From NCBI GenBank assembly GCA_012295275.1, contig CM022671.1:15438001-15502000 (forward strand): 64,000 bases of DNA. The letters are read 5' to 3'. The notes beneath the pieces were generated by a model. It was not told where the DNA came from and did not search any database. It worked only from the letters and a program-made list of their open reading frames with translations. Below are positions 1 to 12,927 of the stretch, in pieces. A program made the translations under genes and the position numbers. Every line of letters starts with the position of its first letter. Within the stretch, counting starts at the first letter, position 1. Source of the stretch: Chrysomallon squamiferum (lineage: Eukaryota; Animalia; Mollusca).

Positions 1-562
1 AAATTAAATAAATCTATACCATATAATTTTTTTTTTTTTTTTTTTTTTAAAGTAAATAAAATTAAAGTGCAAATTACATGAAGTACAAGGAAATAAATTA
101 TGATATTTGACATAACATTATTCTAAGCAATAGTAAAGTTTGAAAATTATTTTCTGCTCTTTTGATTGAAATTGAATAATGTTTTCTCAATACATGAAAA
201 AAACTGTCATTAAAATATTTGTTTTATGTGGACACTGGTCATATTAAACACAAATATATGCAACCTGTAAATATCTAGTTAAAAAAAAAAAAAAAGGACT
301 TATGTATTTTGGATCCACATCTAAGTCTTCTTGATAAACCATGTCACCTCAAGAGAGCTGATGGTCACACCTTGGTCAGCAAAGCCAGTGAAGAAAAGAT
401 AAAATATAATTGCAACAAAATTAAAATATTTGTTGATTTTCAAATACATAGAAATATTTAATACAGATTCATATAATCACTAATGTTCTGTATATGTGAT
501 GTTACTTTTTATTCTTTTAATAATGAATGTAATGCATATATGTTTTGATTATATTTTTTCAG

Positions 563-581
563 TTTTCAAACAATGATAAAT
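563..581 (+). CDS. SELENOK: SELENOK 19-nt micro-exon (FQTMIN)
   Basis: ttttttcag|TTTTCAAACAATGATAAAT|gtgagt; phase fits the next exon. Confidence 0.8.
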
Positions 582-1517
582 GTGAGTTATTTTTTTTTTT
601 TTGTTATTTATGATTTACATTAATTTTTACTATTAGATAAAAAAAATATTGTTAAACTGTTAAATTAGTATAACACAATACACACTCACTCACATGCACA
701 TGCATGCTAACATACACGCCCTTGTCTTATATAGTTCAGAAATGTTTATTCTTTCAGGTGTAATTAAAAATTTTGAACATGACAACAATTTAAAATACTT
801 AAAAAGTTCAATGATTGATTTCTTACAGCCCAATCTAACAAAACGTGGCGTCCATTATACATCTGACTACAGAGGCAGTGGACACAAGTAAGTGAATGTT
901 CATTGTTCTGTTTTGAAATTTCATGCATGGTATGTTAATTCACTCTGTATGAAGAAAAAAATTATTAATTTCATAAAATATGGAATTATAGAATTTTCAA
1001 ACATTGTTTTCTTATTAAACCTTTTCATCCTTCATCTAAAACAATTAAAAGTAATGAGAACTACTGTATCAGTGATATAAATTTTAAACATTACAAAGAG
1101 AATGGTTGACTTTTTAACTGTTCTTAACATACTTTCTAATGACATTTTATTATCCTGACATATGTATTCTAGTGACATATTTATTTATTATTATGACCGA
1201 ATTTTACAACTTCACTCACACTGTTGACAATTTATGTTACAGTCCTGGAGGTGGGGGTGGTGGAGGGCCGAGAAGAAGAATGGGAGGATTTAGAGGTGGT
1301 GACGGTAAAGTTATTTTATTCATTTTTTAAAGACATCATTAAACACAAATGACTGTTAAAGTGTTACAATTTTAAAAATAATAATCTTGTTTCTGAAGCA
1401 TTAGAGCTCTTTTATCTGTTTGTCTGTTTATCTGTCTATCCCACTAACTTTATTTGTATCTTTCAGTCTCTGTCAGTATATATGCATGTGTGAATGTATT
1501 TATGTGTTTCTTTATAT

Positions 1518-1595
<78 letters not shown>

Positions 1596-1847
1596 ATATG
1601 TAGGTGTGTTTGTATTGATACATTTTTCATTTAATATCTTAAAAATCAGTATAACTTTTTAAGAACTTGAGTAATTGATACTTTTCACAGAAAAATTTAG
1701 CGTTTAATCTTAGATTCTGTTTACTTCAATATAAACAAAATATATTCAGAAAATAAATATTAACATTTTACACATTTAGAATTAATAATTTTATTTTTAG
1801 ATGGTCCCAGTCCTCCTCCGATGGCTGGTGGTGGATGAGGCAGGTAA
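563..1847 (+). CDS. SELENOK: Selenoprotein K, 3' part (5' exons lie upstream of the window); join(563..581,829..887,1243..1304,1801..1847)
   Basis: Four AG/GT-bounded exons join in frame to (F)FQTMINPNLTKRGVHYTSDYRGSGHNPGGGGGGGPRRRMGGFRGGDDGPSPPPMAGGG-U-GR*. This matches the SelK C-terminus (PPPMAGG-U-GR). TGA(Sec) is at 1836-1838, the TAA stop at 1845-1847, and a SECIS lies downstream. Confidence 0.95.
829..887 (+). CDS. SELENOK: SELENOK exon (PNLTKRGVHYTSDYRGSGH)
   Basis: cttacag| ... |gtaagt, 59 nt, phase 0 to 2. Confidence 0.9.
1243..1304 (+). CDS. SELENOK: SELENOK exon (PGGGGGGGPRRRMGGFRGGD)
   Basis: ttacag| ... |gtaaag, 62 nt; Gly/Pro-rich PRRRMG motif typical of SelK. Confidence 0.93.
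1801..1847 (+). CDS. SELENOK: SELENOK last coding exon with Sec codon (GPSPPPMAGGG-U-GR*)
   Basis: tttttag|ATGGTCCCAGTCCTCCTCCGATGGCTGGTGGTGGA-TGA-GGCAGG-TAA. Confidence 0.95.
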
Positions 1848-2307
1848 ATGCTACTGATTTTGTTTTTGAGAACTTCATTGTTCCAGAATTAATCAGTAGC
1901 TAAAACATGGCCATTCTCTGTGATGTTGTCAACAATTGATCTTCAAGAGTAGTGTGTGCTCAACCTACAACATTTGATCTACAACAGTACATTTCAACAT
2001 CTTTTACTGAGCTTTTGCTTGTCTGAATATTATTACCAGTGAAAAGTACTTTATTTACTTAACTTGTTAAAGCCAGTAATTGTGAGCATTGTTAATATTT
2101 GTAGTTGTTGTGGTACATTTTCATGCAAGAATGTTGTCTCTCTCTCTCTGTCTCTTTATGTCTGTCTGTCTGTTTCATCTTTATATTTATGTATATATTG
2201 TTGAGGATAGTTATACATATAGAAATTGTAACTATATGTTTAAATCATTAATTTATGAAGATTTTGTTGTCAATATTACATAGATGGTCATGCCTTCTTC
2301 ACTCAGT

Positions 2308-2374
2308 GAGCACTTTTTCAATGATGGAGTCTTTTAAAACTTCTTTGTGAAGCTAAGGATTCTTGATGATGCTC
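2308..2374 (+). promoter_or_regulatory. SECIS element (form II) in SELENOK 3'UTR
   Basis: Helix I is GAGCA/TGCTC. The core is ATGAT(2321)...TGAT(2364). Helix II is GGAGTCTTT/AAGGATTCT (9 bp including G-U pairs), followed by unpaired AAAA and an apical minihelix CTTC-TTTGT-GAAG. Confidence 0.92.
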
Positions 2375-2411
2375 TCTTAGAGTGCAGATTATTTCTATTT
2401 TTGTTTTTATT

Positions 2412-2417
2412 AATAAA
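2412..2417 (+). terminator. Candidate polyadenylation signal of SELENOK
   Basis: AATAAA about 40 nt after the SECIS, followed by T-rich sequence. Confidence 0.55.
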
Positions 2418-2820
2418 ATGTTTTTTTTTTTTTTTTTTTTAATTTTATTTATTAATATGATTTAACATTTTTTAAATAAACTTTATAATATGAATATATA
2501 TATATATAGTGTAAATAAAAATACTTTGCATCTTTTAGGTGGCATGCTAATGAAATCCATGTGTCTGTTTTGGTAGCCCTGTAAATATAATTTGGCTTTT
2601 TTCTAAAAATTATTCTCCAGTCAGATGTCTTATTGCTTGTAAATTTTAGAATCAAAATATATTTATTTTGCTGGTTTAAGATAAGGAACTATATTAATTT
2701 TCTTCAGTAGTTTTTGCATAGTTTGTAATGGCATCATGAACATTGTAAGAATCGTTATCCTGTGTTTCTGTAAATATGTTTAATTTAAATTGTTTAGAAT
2801 ACTGTACCAATACAGCTGTT

Positions 2821-2853
<33 letters not shown>

Positions 2854-5264
2854 TATATAAATAAACTTATTTTTCTGTAATATTTGTTGTTTTATAATGT
2901 ATCACAAACAACCTTGAATGCAAAAAAGGTATTTTCCAGATATCACTGTAAATAAATCACAGGTAACTGATTACATCAAAATTTAGTTATAATCTCCTTG
3001 GTATACCACCATTCATGTTTATTACCTAAAATGTAAAAGTTGTCAATACTGAATATTGAACAAAAATAAATCTTGAAATTGGGCTTTATCATAGGGGAAC
3101 AATTATTTGCTCCCTACAATACTGATTTTATCTGTCTTAAAGCCTTCAAATTTGGGTAAATTTTATGTGGCACCCAACAGAAACTGTACTACGAACATCT
3201 TAATGGAATACAGGCTCAGACTTGAAGATGTCCGAGATTTCATTTGGTTTATTTCTCTGAATGATGTACAAAAGTTAGGGGTGGAGGTGTTCTTAAATGG
3301 ATGCTTGGATCTGATTTATCTGAATCCCTGGAACATGATGACAATGCAACTACTGATTAAAAACAGATGAAACTGGTAGGAGAGGACAGTGAGATTATGA
3401 TAGGAAACATTTTTCTGGTCAGTTTAAACAATGTTGATAAAGGGTGAACTGGTGGGAATCTAGTATGATTTTTAAGGATGCAAACCCCACTATTCAAAAC
3501 CCAGAAAAATTGCTATTAAAATAATGAAAACACCACTACAAGCATTTTTTTTTTTTTTATATTAATCAATGCAGCAGTCATATCAAGAAGATATAGTCTT
3601 TAAACAAATAACAAAACAACTCTGCATTTTGGTTACTTTATTTTCTTTTAAAATATTTTCTCTTGATGTCTATTTTTTCTTTTTTTTAAAATTAATTTTT
3701 TGATCCCAATAAGTGTTGAAAATATCTTGTTTAAAAATGTAACAATATTATTGGGTTTGAAATATTTCTTATCAAATTATAAGAAATATAAAAATGGAAA
3801 TGCTTTTAAAATGTTCAAATCACGATATAATTAGATGTTAAATTATGTGTATGTATTGATAAATCAATAAATATTTGTAACATTACCATAAGACAATTTA
3901 ATTATGATCCTGTCTGTAGGATTTTCCTGCAGCAACTTAAATTTTAATGCAATGATTTTGATTTCTTATTCATCTTAGTTTGATTATAAATGATTACTTC
4001 CAATATATGGCAATGTATTTAAGGACATGCAAGAATGTGTTCTGTTTCATTTTTTAACAGGCTTCACAACTATTGTTATGTAACAAAATATTGAAATAAA
4101 TAAATAAGCTGCTAAACATTTGGTTTTTCTTGCTCCCTGCAAATTTTGAATCTCTTTACAAAATGCCAATTCAAAACTAACAAATAATAAATGTTGAGAT
4201 GTAAAATTGGTTATATAAACAGAAAACAAAACAACCAAAAGGCTTTTTATGGTTTTAGTGGTAAATATATTTAAACAAAAAAAAATAATAATAATAGCAA
4301 CTAAAGACGCCCTACATGCTTATATTTAAACACAGTAATAAAAGAACCCTAACATTTCTTGGTAATTCAGTATATAATATGTGCTGCCTAGTTATTAAAA
4401 TAAAAATAAAAATAAAAATGTAACATAAATAAAAATTAAAATTCTCATGAGAGATATTTTTATATTTCTTGCCACACAATTTAGTGATGTCTATAAAATA
4501 CCAACCCATATAGTTACATATATTATAAAAAATTTGATATTCTCTAAAATGCAGAAAAAGAAAAGGAATAGATAATGGTTATGTGTTCTATTACATTTAA
4601 AGCAACAGCAACTATTATAATCATCAAAATGATGTTATGTTGCATCTTCTGTCAAAAGATGCAGCATTCTTTATGCATAATTTGAAAGAGAAAAAAGATG
4701 GTGGAAAATTTTGAGGTTTTTACATATAATTTTTGCAGATAATTCTGAATGTGGTTACAACTGGAATGCTGCAAAAATACTGGGAATATAGTCTGGAAAC
4801 TTTCAGAACTTTGTTAAAGCTTGTGCCTTATTTGCAGATCCTTATTCAACAATTTGAAATTATTCAGTGCTGGTTTGGTAAATTCAGGTAGCAGTGTTTA
4901 AAGTACTACATAAAACTTGAGTGATAAATGGGATTCAGTTAATTTACAGAAAATTATTATTCTTTTTAACAACTGATCTATATGAAAGTTTATCCAGCTG
5001 ATAAGTAATGTAGATAATTTGATCATATTTTCAAGGGAAAACAACAATTCTTTTTGATTTCCAGGTTTTCATTCTTTATAACTTTAATCTCATAGCTGTG
5101 ACAGTTTTTACTGATTATTAATTAAGATATTGTATCACATTTATATTTATTTAAAGTTGTCATGAAATGTTTTGATTTTATTTGACAATAAAGTAAAGAT
5201 AAAAAAAATGTCATTGTCTTTGACTCAAGGAGATGAAACATAACAACATTTTGGATTGGCCTGG

Positions 5265-5600
5265 TTAGGCTAGTGCTTCTTGCATGGCTGTGTAGGTGCA
5301 GTTTGAACGCTCGCAGATTGGATCAGGACTGTAGAAGTCTTCCAGCTTCAGAGGTTTCAGACAATTTTCACAATTTTTGGGACACATTGGTCGGTACAGC
5401 TCCAGGCCATTCATCTTCCAGATGCTGACAAGGTTATCAGTGAGGATGTCCATCATCTCCTCGGTGTGATGTGGTGTTGGTGCAATTCGCAGACGTTCCT
5501 CACCCACAGCCACAGTGGGGTAGTTGATTGCCTGGATGTAAACTCCGAATTTCTGCATCAAGTCATTGGACACTTTAGTGCACATCTGAGCATTGCCAAC
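5265..5600 (-). CDS. ALAS: ALAS terminal coding exon with Cys-rich C-terminal extension
   Basis: VGNAQMC...[10 protein letters not shown]...LRIAPTPHH...[11 protein letters not shown]...*. Confidence 0.97.
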   Translation of the reverse strand, partial: VGNAQMCTKVSNDLMQKFGVYIQAINYPTVAVGEERLRIAPTPHHTEEMMDILTDNLVSIWKMNGLELYRPMCPKNCENCLKPLKLEDFYSPDPICERSNCTYTAMQEALA

Positions 5601-8600
5601 CTGATAATAAAAATAGTTTAAAAACGTTTTTATTACATATGAGTAAATTAGAAATAATTTTACTAGATAGGAAAAGTCATATATATATATATATATAGAA
5701 TACAGTGTGATCTGGAAGTATAATCTCATAAATTTAACCTCTGTAAGGACTGATGAACAAGACAAATTATTATTTTTATTTTGTTTTGTATAATTTCATA
5801 AGAAAGACAAGATGAAAAAGTTCACATTCCAAAAAAAATGTTTGGGGATTAGGATCAATGGTTATAATATTTCAAAATTTCAAACCAACATACTGATAAT
5901 GTGAAAATAGACAACAGTGAAATTCTGTTTGGCAAAACCATTAATAAAATAGAACATTTCACTCTAATTTCAGTCTACTTACATGGACAGGTATAATGTG
6001 ACTTGGTGTATGCATTGCTGGTATGCCTGCATCTATCAACTTTTCACGAAGGTACTTCACATTTGACTGGTGTTTCACCCTAAGTTGTTGACCTTCTGGA
6101 CCAGACAGTACCTGAAATCAAAATGAAAATGTAAAAAATATTATCAAAACACAAGTGACAGATATATTCTTTTAAAAGATTTCTTAAAATGTATTATTAA
6201 TACAGAATTTTGTTATCTGATATCTAAAGTCTGTGATAGTTAATGTGCAAGTGCAAACCTTTATTGCTGCCAGTGCTCCAGAGAGAATGGTTGGAGGAAG
6301 GGATGTAGTGAAGATAAACCCAGAGGCATAACTTCGAATCATGTCAATTGTACTTGCTGTTCCTACTACATACCCGCCCATGTTACCAAACGCTTTACCT
6401 GTAAATGAACACAAAATTGGTAAAACTGGTCAGGTTTCTGTCCGAGAATTATTTTTTAAAATTTATCTTCTCTAAATTAGTTATGAAACTATTTATTTTA
6501 TTTATAATCTGTATCAGATAATTTTTAGTTTTCCTATCTTTGTAATGTTATGTACTATCAAATATTTCACTTAGGGGATAAAAAAAAACTAATTACATTG
6601 TGTAAATGTGTCAGACTAAACATTAACCTTCAAATGATTCAAAATATTTATTAACAAAAATTAATAAGCCTTCTAACTTGTTTATTCATGTCATTTTGAA
6701 CACAATTACAGTGCTTCATTTTGCTTTTCAAATTATTATGTGTGTTTATGCTTTTATATATTTGTACTTTACATACTGCAAAGCAACAGGTATAAAGATT
6801 TAGAAAAAGACTTTTCAATAGAAATTAAGCAAAATGATGGTGTACCCAAAGTTCCTGAGATCAGATCTATTTTGTCCATGCATCCATCACGTTCTCCAAC
6901 TCCAGCACCATGATCACCATAGAGACCCACAGCATGAACCTCGTCAACAAACGTCAGTGCACCGTACTTCTTAGCAATGTCACACATTTCATTTAGTGGA
7001 CTGATAGAACCTATAAACAAAAAGAGAAAAACAACACAGATGTTACAACAGTTATAATCTAAAATGCTACATGTGTCCATAATACAGTTAGCCAAACGGT
7101 TTATAAAAGATACATTATAATAAATTTATTTAGAACTATTTTGTATGATGCACACGATGACTAAATTGACAACTACAATTTTTTTTTCTTCACAACATTA
7201 TCTGTAAACAGAATAAAATAATTTGTATTACATACCATCCATAGAATGCACCGTTTCAAAGGCAACAATCTTTGGAACTGAGACATCAACTTCCTTCAAT
7301 AACTGCTCGAGATGGCTAGAATCATTGTGACGGAAAACATGTTTTGGTACCCGGCTGTTGAGAATACCCTGAATCATTGATGCATGGTTTCCAGCATCAG
7401 AGAAAATATGGGCACCTATGGTAAAAATAAAATAAAATTAGTTTGAAAAATATTATTTTATTATTTTAAAATGAGGACAAAACTGTGATTAAATCCTATT
7501 ATTGAGGCAGAGATCAAACTGGGTTTGTCACTGGAATTAACATGTCATTTATGTGTTTTACAGGAATAAACACCAACACAGATTATCTGTAATTCACATG
7601 TGACAGTTAAGGGTGTCATGAAAATTAGAATAATTGTCATAAATGATCCATACATCTGCAAAATTGATCCATATTACCACGACCTAATGATTTGATAATT
7701 TGTCACAGTAAACATTGTTATTGATAATCTAACCTGGTAATTTTTTCAGTAGAGTGAACAATGTTGAGTCATTGGCTACATAACAGGATGTAAACACCAA
7801 ACCAGCCTCTTTCTTGTGCAGTCTAGCAAGTTCTGCCTCTAGCTTTTCATGAAGGGGGGAGTTTCCCGATATATTTCTGGTCCCTCCTGCCCCAGCTCCA
7901 TGTTTGTCAAGAGCCTCCCTGAAAAGAAGGATTTCTCAATTTGAAAATTTGTTCCTTGTTAATAATCAGTCAATGTTAAAAATAACTGAACTGCATTAAA
8001 AATAAAACAACTTCAGTAACATTTTTTCTTTTAAAGGACTAATGATGGGGTGTTTAAAATGGGAATGATATTGATAATATATTTTCTTATAGTCTATATA
8101 CTTTTCTATCATTGGCACTACACTTAAATTTTTTAAATAAAATTTGTGATAATTTTAAAGAAATGGAATTTAATAATCTTATCTGAAAATAGTAATGATT
8201 CCATCCCCCCAAAAAATAGCCATTTAAAATTGCTAACTAATAAATGTCATCTATTTTCTCCTGTGTAATAAGAAGAGAATTAAAACATGTCTCACTGTAC
8301 AGCCTGCTTGACCTCTGGGTGCCAGGTCATACCCATGTAGTCATTGCTGCACCACACAGTGATGTCCTTGGTACCCTCGGTGTGTTCCTTGGCAAAAGGA
8401 AATGTTGACGCATTCCTCATCACCTTCTTGAAGACACGGTAGGTATGGTCTTTCTTCTTCTTTTCCACTTGCTGCGCAAAGAACTTGTCATAGTTGAAGT
8501 ACTGCTTTGGTGGTTCTGTAATAAAATATAAAGTTAACTTAAATTTCTAGTCAGTAAATATGAGATATTATATATATTTATCTCTGAATTTAAATTTAAA

Positions 8601-9874
8601 CAAAAATCTCAGAGGTACAATAAATAGATAATAATAATAATAATATAAAATGAATTAAGCGGAATACAAATGTATTCATGAAATTAGAACTAATATAATT
8701 AGGACAGTTGTTGAATTTTTACAGCAGTAAATGTTAAAAATTAATAAATATAAATGTTATATTTTTAAAAAAATAAAGCAATAACAAAATTTATATTAAA
8801 TTCATTATCTGTTATTATTTATAAATGAAAGTAAGCTTTCCTACAGTCTAAAACAAGTAGAAAATAATGTTTAGCTGAAGAAGAGTGATTTTAAAAATGA
8901 TAAGACAACAAAAATACATATGAAAAAAAGAAGAATAAAAAGAAGTATGTTAACCTCCAGTGGGAGGCTCACTGCTTCCTTTCTTCTGGGACTTGAAGGC
9001 CAGATCAATACTGAGACCTGACATAAGATCACCACTGGGTTTGGTTGACTCAATCTTTTCATTAATCTGCATTGCAGGTTCACTTGAAACAGCTGACTCT
9101 ATTAAAAAACATTAACATTTCATTTCATATAAACTACAGGGAAAGTAAAAATTAGTTTTATTGTATTAAAGTATAAATTCTGTTTTTAAAAGACACATAA
9201 TAATAATAATAATAATATTATGATTATGATTATGATTATATTTTAAATTATGATTATTATTTTTTTTAATTATTTAAAACCCAAAAAGAAATTTAATTTC
9301 ATTAACAAAAAACTGACATACCAGATACAGGGACATTAATGGCATCTTGTTGGATTTCAGAACGTATTGCTGGGGTATTAATTTCTTTTGCCAGAAACGG
9401 ACATCTGGAAGCTGAAGTAACAGCTGCTGTAAAAAAAATAATTTAAAAAATTAAATTTATTTCATAATCTAATACTTAACTGTTTCATCTGAATTGTGTA
9501 AACATGTTTACATATGTATTAGAGTTTTCAAACATCACTGAAAAAAACCCACACATAACAATTGCTAGATTAACATAATACTAAACTCAAATTTTACTCT
9601 ATGACCAAGACACAACTTCAAAAATTATAAATAAATTCTTAAAAATGTTTCATTTACATTCTCAGCGCAAATTACATACTAAGGCATTGTAAATTTGTAC
9701 TCTGATTATACCTTCTTTTTCGTGGCTATCAGATGCTGAGCTAACCGAAGTATACTGTGCAGCATGTGCCATTACTGGACAGTGGCTGGCACCATAGCTC
9801 AGAAGCTGTGGAGCAAACTGGCGCAGGCTGTTCATTGGCAGCTTGGTCAGAAAAGGACATGCTAGAGTATTCAT
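5265..9874 (-). CDS. ALAS: 5-aminolevulinate synthase, mitochondrial (588 aa); complement(join(5265..5600,5983..6111,6259..6398,6846..7010,7236..7415,7734..7918,8296..8515,8955..9098,9322..9426,9712..9874))
   Basis: Ten exons with GT-AG boundaries and consistent phases total 1767 nt. Motifs: [67 protein letters not shown]-lysine [37 protein letters not shown]. Confidence 0.98.
5983..6111 (-). CDS. ALAS: ALAS coding exon 9
   Basis: [18 protein letters not shown]...PSHIIPVH, 129 nt, phase 0-0. Confidence 0.96.
6259..6398 (-). CDS. ALAS: ALAS coding exon 8 (PLP-binding Lys)
   Basis: [10 protein letters not shown]...[10 protein letters not shown]. Confidence 0.97.
6846..7010 (-). CDS. ALAS: ALAS coding exon 7
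   Basis: [16 protein letters not shown]...ISGTLG. Confidence 0.97.
7236..7415 (-). CDS. ALAS: ALAS coding exon 6
   Basis: [15 protein letters not shown]...FRHND...FETVHSMD. Confidence 0.97.
7734..7918 (-). CDS. ALAS: ALAS coding exon 5
   Basis: [15 protein letters not shown]...[12 protein letters not shown]. Confidence 0.97.
8296..8515 (-). CDS. ALAS: ALAS coding exon 4
   Basis: QYFNYDKFF...[13 protein letters not shown]...[10 protein letters not shown]. Confidence 0.97.
8955..9098 (-). CDS. ALAS: ALAS coding exon 3 (low-complexity linker)
   Basis: 144 nt, phase 1-1, [15 protein letters not shown]...SSEPPTG. The donor gttaac is weak; an in-phase gtgagc donor lies 18 nt earlier. Confidence 0.8.
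9322..9426 (-). CDS. ALAS: ALAS coding exon 2 (HRM3 SRCPFLA)
   Basis: 105 nt, phase 1-1, [35 protein letters not shown]; not in the ORF track. Confidence 0.9.
9712..9874 (-). CDS. ALAS: ALAS coding exon 1 (presequence, HRM1 CPFL, HRM2 HCPVM)
   Basis: Acceptor tttctcag| at 9883, ATG at 9874, donor gtataa; [13 protein letters not shown]...SHCPVMAH. Confidence 0.93.
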
Positions 9875-11047
9875 CTTGATGCACTGAGAAAAAAAAAATA
9901 GTAATAATAAAAACACAATCCTACAGAAACAATACACAAAATAACAGGTTCCTATTTCAGATGATTTAAATTTATAATAAATGATTTAGAAGTGAACAAC
10001 ACATTGTTTGGTGCTTGTATTCCTAGACTCCATAAAGAGCAGATTTTATTATCTATGTCCTTTTCCCCCTCTGCCATTTTTCTGCTTGTCAGAAGCTAAA
10101 TTATCCTGCTTTAAGTTCATGGAATCACAAATAATAGACTGGATTAAATGTTTTTCCTTAAACTGTCACATTAACCTATTTCTATACACTGGAGAAAATA
10201 GTAATTATTTTTCTTCTAACAAAAATGTCATGGCTCAGTTCAACTCAGTTTGTAATGTTTAATAAACAGATATTTTTTTATCTGTGCTAAATCTTTTTAA
10301 TGTTTGTTCCTGCTCAGTACAAAAGGCAGAAGGAGTAAGAGTAATATATCTGGACTTTTGGTTTAAAACTAAAATGTATGTCAGATAATTTCTTCATCAG
10401 TGTTATTTTCTCTTTCTAGTATTACACAGAATTCTATTAGTAAACAGCTGTTCTCACAATAACATAATACAATATCGTTTTCTCTATGTTTACTCTAACA
10501 ATAATTAAATTATATTATTCAATGGAAAGTTCTTTAAAATGATGTGATATTTCTTTTGTCATTTCCTATCAATATAACAAAGCTGACCAACACTCTTATT
10601 TGTATAAATTAATTTAAAAATGATTAAAACAGATGTCAATTCACATTTTTAAAACTTATTACTTTCCTTATTCTATAACTTCCCTTTCACAGTTATTCAT
10701 TTGATTATGATGCCTAAGGGAAAATAAATATTACTAATAAGTATTAGATTCCAAGTTAACATCTGAATGAGAACTAATTTTATATTAGCATTATTAGTAT
10801 TTTATCTATAATTTACATCAGTAATTTATATGGAAAATAGGAAACTGCATTCTTTAAGGCCAGTAAATAAATTATGTTTAAATTAATGTATACTGGTATC
10901 AATAACATTCAAATAAAGAAATAACAGCTGCTTATTAAATTGAAATTAATTAATTATCTGTTATTACCATTGAATTTGTTGTTATTATTATTTTCAAATT
11001 GTTTTCTCTCAGTGAAACCTGTATTAGCTTAATATAATAGTGATGTA

Positions 11048-11174
<127 letters not shown>

Positions 11175-12364
11175 AACAACCATAGAGAAATATAACACCA
11201 GATTTGAAGTATTTAGGGCCACATATGTTTTTGGATTTCAGAAGAGCACAAATACCACATATTACAGAAAATCTCAGATGAAGCCCACGGCTTAATCTTG
11301 AACTCATGCTGTGCCAGAAAAAGTATTAAGTTTAAGTGCCTGTCATATTTCAGAAAAATGTAACACTAAAACTTTTTTTTTTTTTTTTTTTTTTAAATTG
11401 AAAGCTTTGTATTTAATTATTCTGGAGGATGCAATTAAAGATAAGTATTATTATTTAATTCTTATTTAAAATATAGGCCTATATATTTTTTTCTTATTTT
11501 GTTGTAGATTTATCCATTATTCTTTGATATTAGTAAAATGCAGTTTAAAACAGTTTTCTTAAAAATTAAAAAAAAGAAAAAGAAAAAGAAAAATAATACA
11601 ACAAAACCCCCACATGTTGTTTTTATTTTGTATTTTTCCCCTCTTACCAACAGCAACTGCACTCAAAGTGCAACATTTTTTTAAGGATTTCAAAGCATTT
11701 GGAAGAAACAGCATCCTTTAATAAATTTCTCTTTGAACCATACTTTAAATTTATCTGTAGCCAACAACCCTGAAATAAAATGACTACCAGAAGAATTTTA
11801 TTCTGACATTATATGTATTTAAACCGCGAGAAAAAGTGGGGTGAGTCATCAGTTTTTACATTCAGTGAAGTATGTATGTGGATTGAAGCACATTACCCAC
11901 AGCAACATAGGCCTGTTATGGGTTATACTCTGACAGAATGATTATGATTAATGGAAAAAATGTCCCATCAAATGTCACCAGACACAGCTGTGAACTGATA
12001 AAATGTAACATGAATAATTCAGTGGAAAGATATAAAATTATTATTAAAAGAGTATATGTGGCAACATGAACAGCAAACACTTTATGTATGTATGTATGTA
12101 TGTATGTATGTATGGGCGTGTGCTTTGAACTGGTTGAACCAAGTCTTTTTTTTATGTACAACTTTGCTACTAATAAAGTATGTCTGCAATTTAAAAATGT
12201 TGTGGATTATTGGTTACATTTCTTTTTTAAGGAAGATGTACACATAAAATGTTGTAACAAAATTAAAGACAGGTAACTTTGTTAGAAGTATAAATAATAT
12301 ATCAGCATGTAACTAGAATGTATACATTATTAGCTGTATAAATATGTAATTGGTGTTTTCTAAA

Positions 12365-12406
<42 letters not shown>

Positions 12407-12895
12407 CAAAAACAACCTCCTACAAAAGTAAAAATAAAAAAAAAACTTTTAAAAAAAAGTTTATATTATTGTTATGATTATTTATCTCAGAACTGGAAAT
12501 TTGTTGTTTTAGTATGAATGTCATTAGGTATTTTGGAAAACAAATTAAAATGTAGCTTAATTGGAAGCTGAAATATATTTATGAAAATCTATTTTACAAG
12601 TTTTATTCAGTCAAATAATTGGTTTTTCTAGTGAAACTGGATAAAAAAAAAGGTTATCCAATGTTTATTGTAATCTAGGTTCAAGTAAATGTCAAAACGG
12701 TTTAAATCTGTTGGTTTCAGACACTAATGAGAAATCAACCAATAATGTAAAAGATTAACAGCAGTTACAAAACAAATCAGTAAACATGTTGCTTTAACTT
12801 GAAACATTTCTATCTTAATATGACATAAAAAAATATTAAAAAAGGAAGAAAAAATAAACAAAAAGAAAATCTGATCATCAAGTCTATAATTTCTT

Positions 12896-12927
<32 letters not shown>

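Noticed and set aside
694-1330. ORF-track ORFs 694-891, 892-1080 and 1139-1330 as separate genes
   Set aside because: Only the exon portions 829-887 and 1243-1304 are SelK; the rest is intron
3107-3370. 87-aa ORF between SELENOK and ALAS
   Set aside because: Non-ATG start, no recognisable motif or splice context; probably a decayed repeat
9881-9886. CAGTGC just before the ALAS ATG as a second IRE
   Set aside because: The CAG is the intron acceptor and is removed on splicing; there is no upper stem
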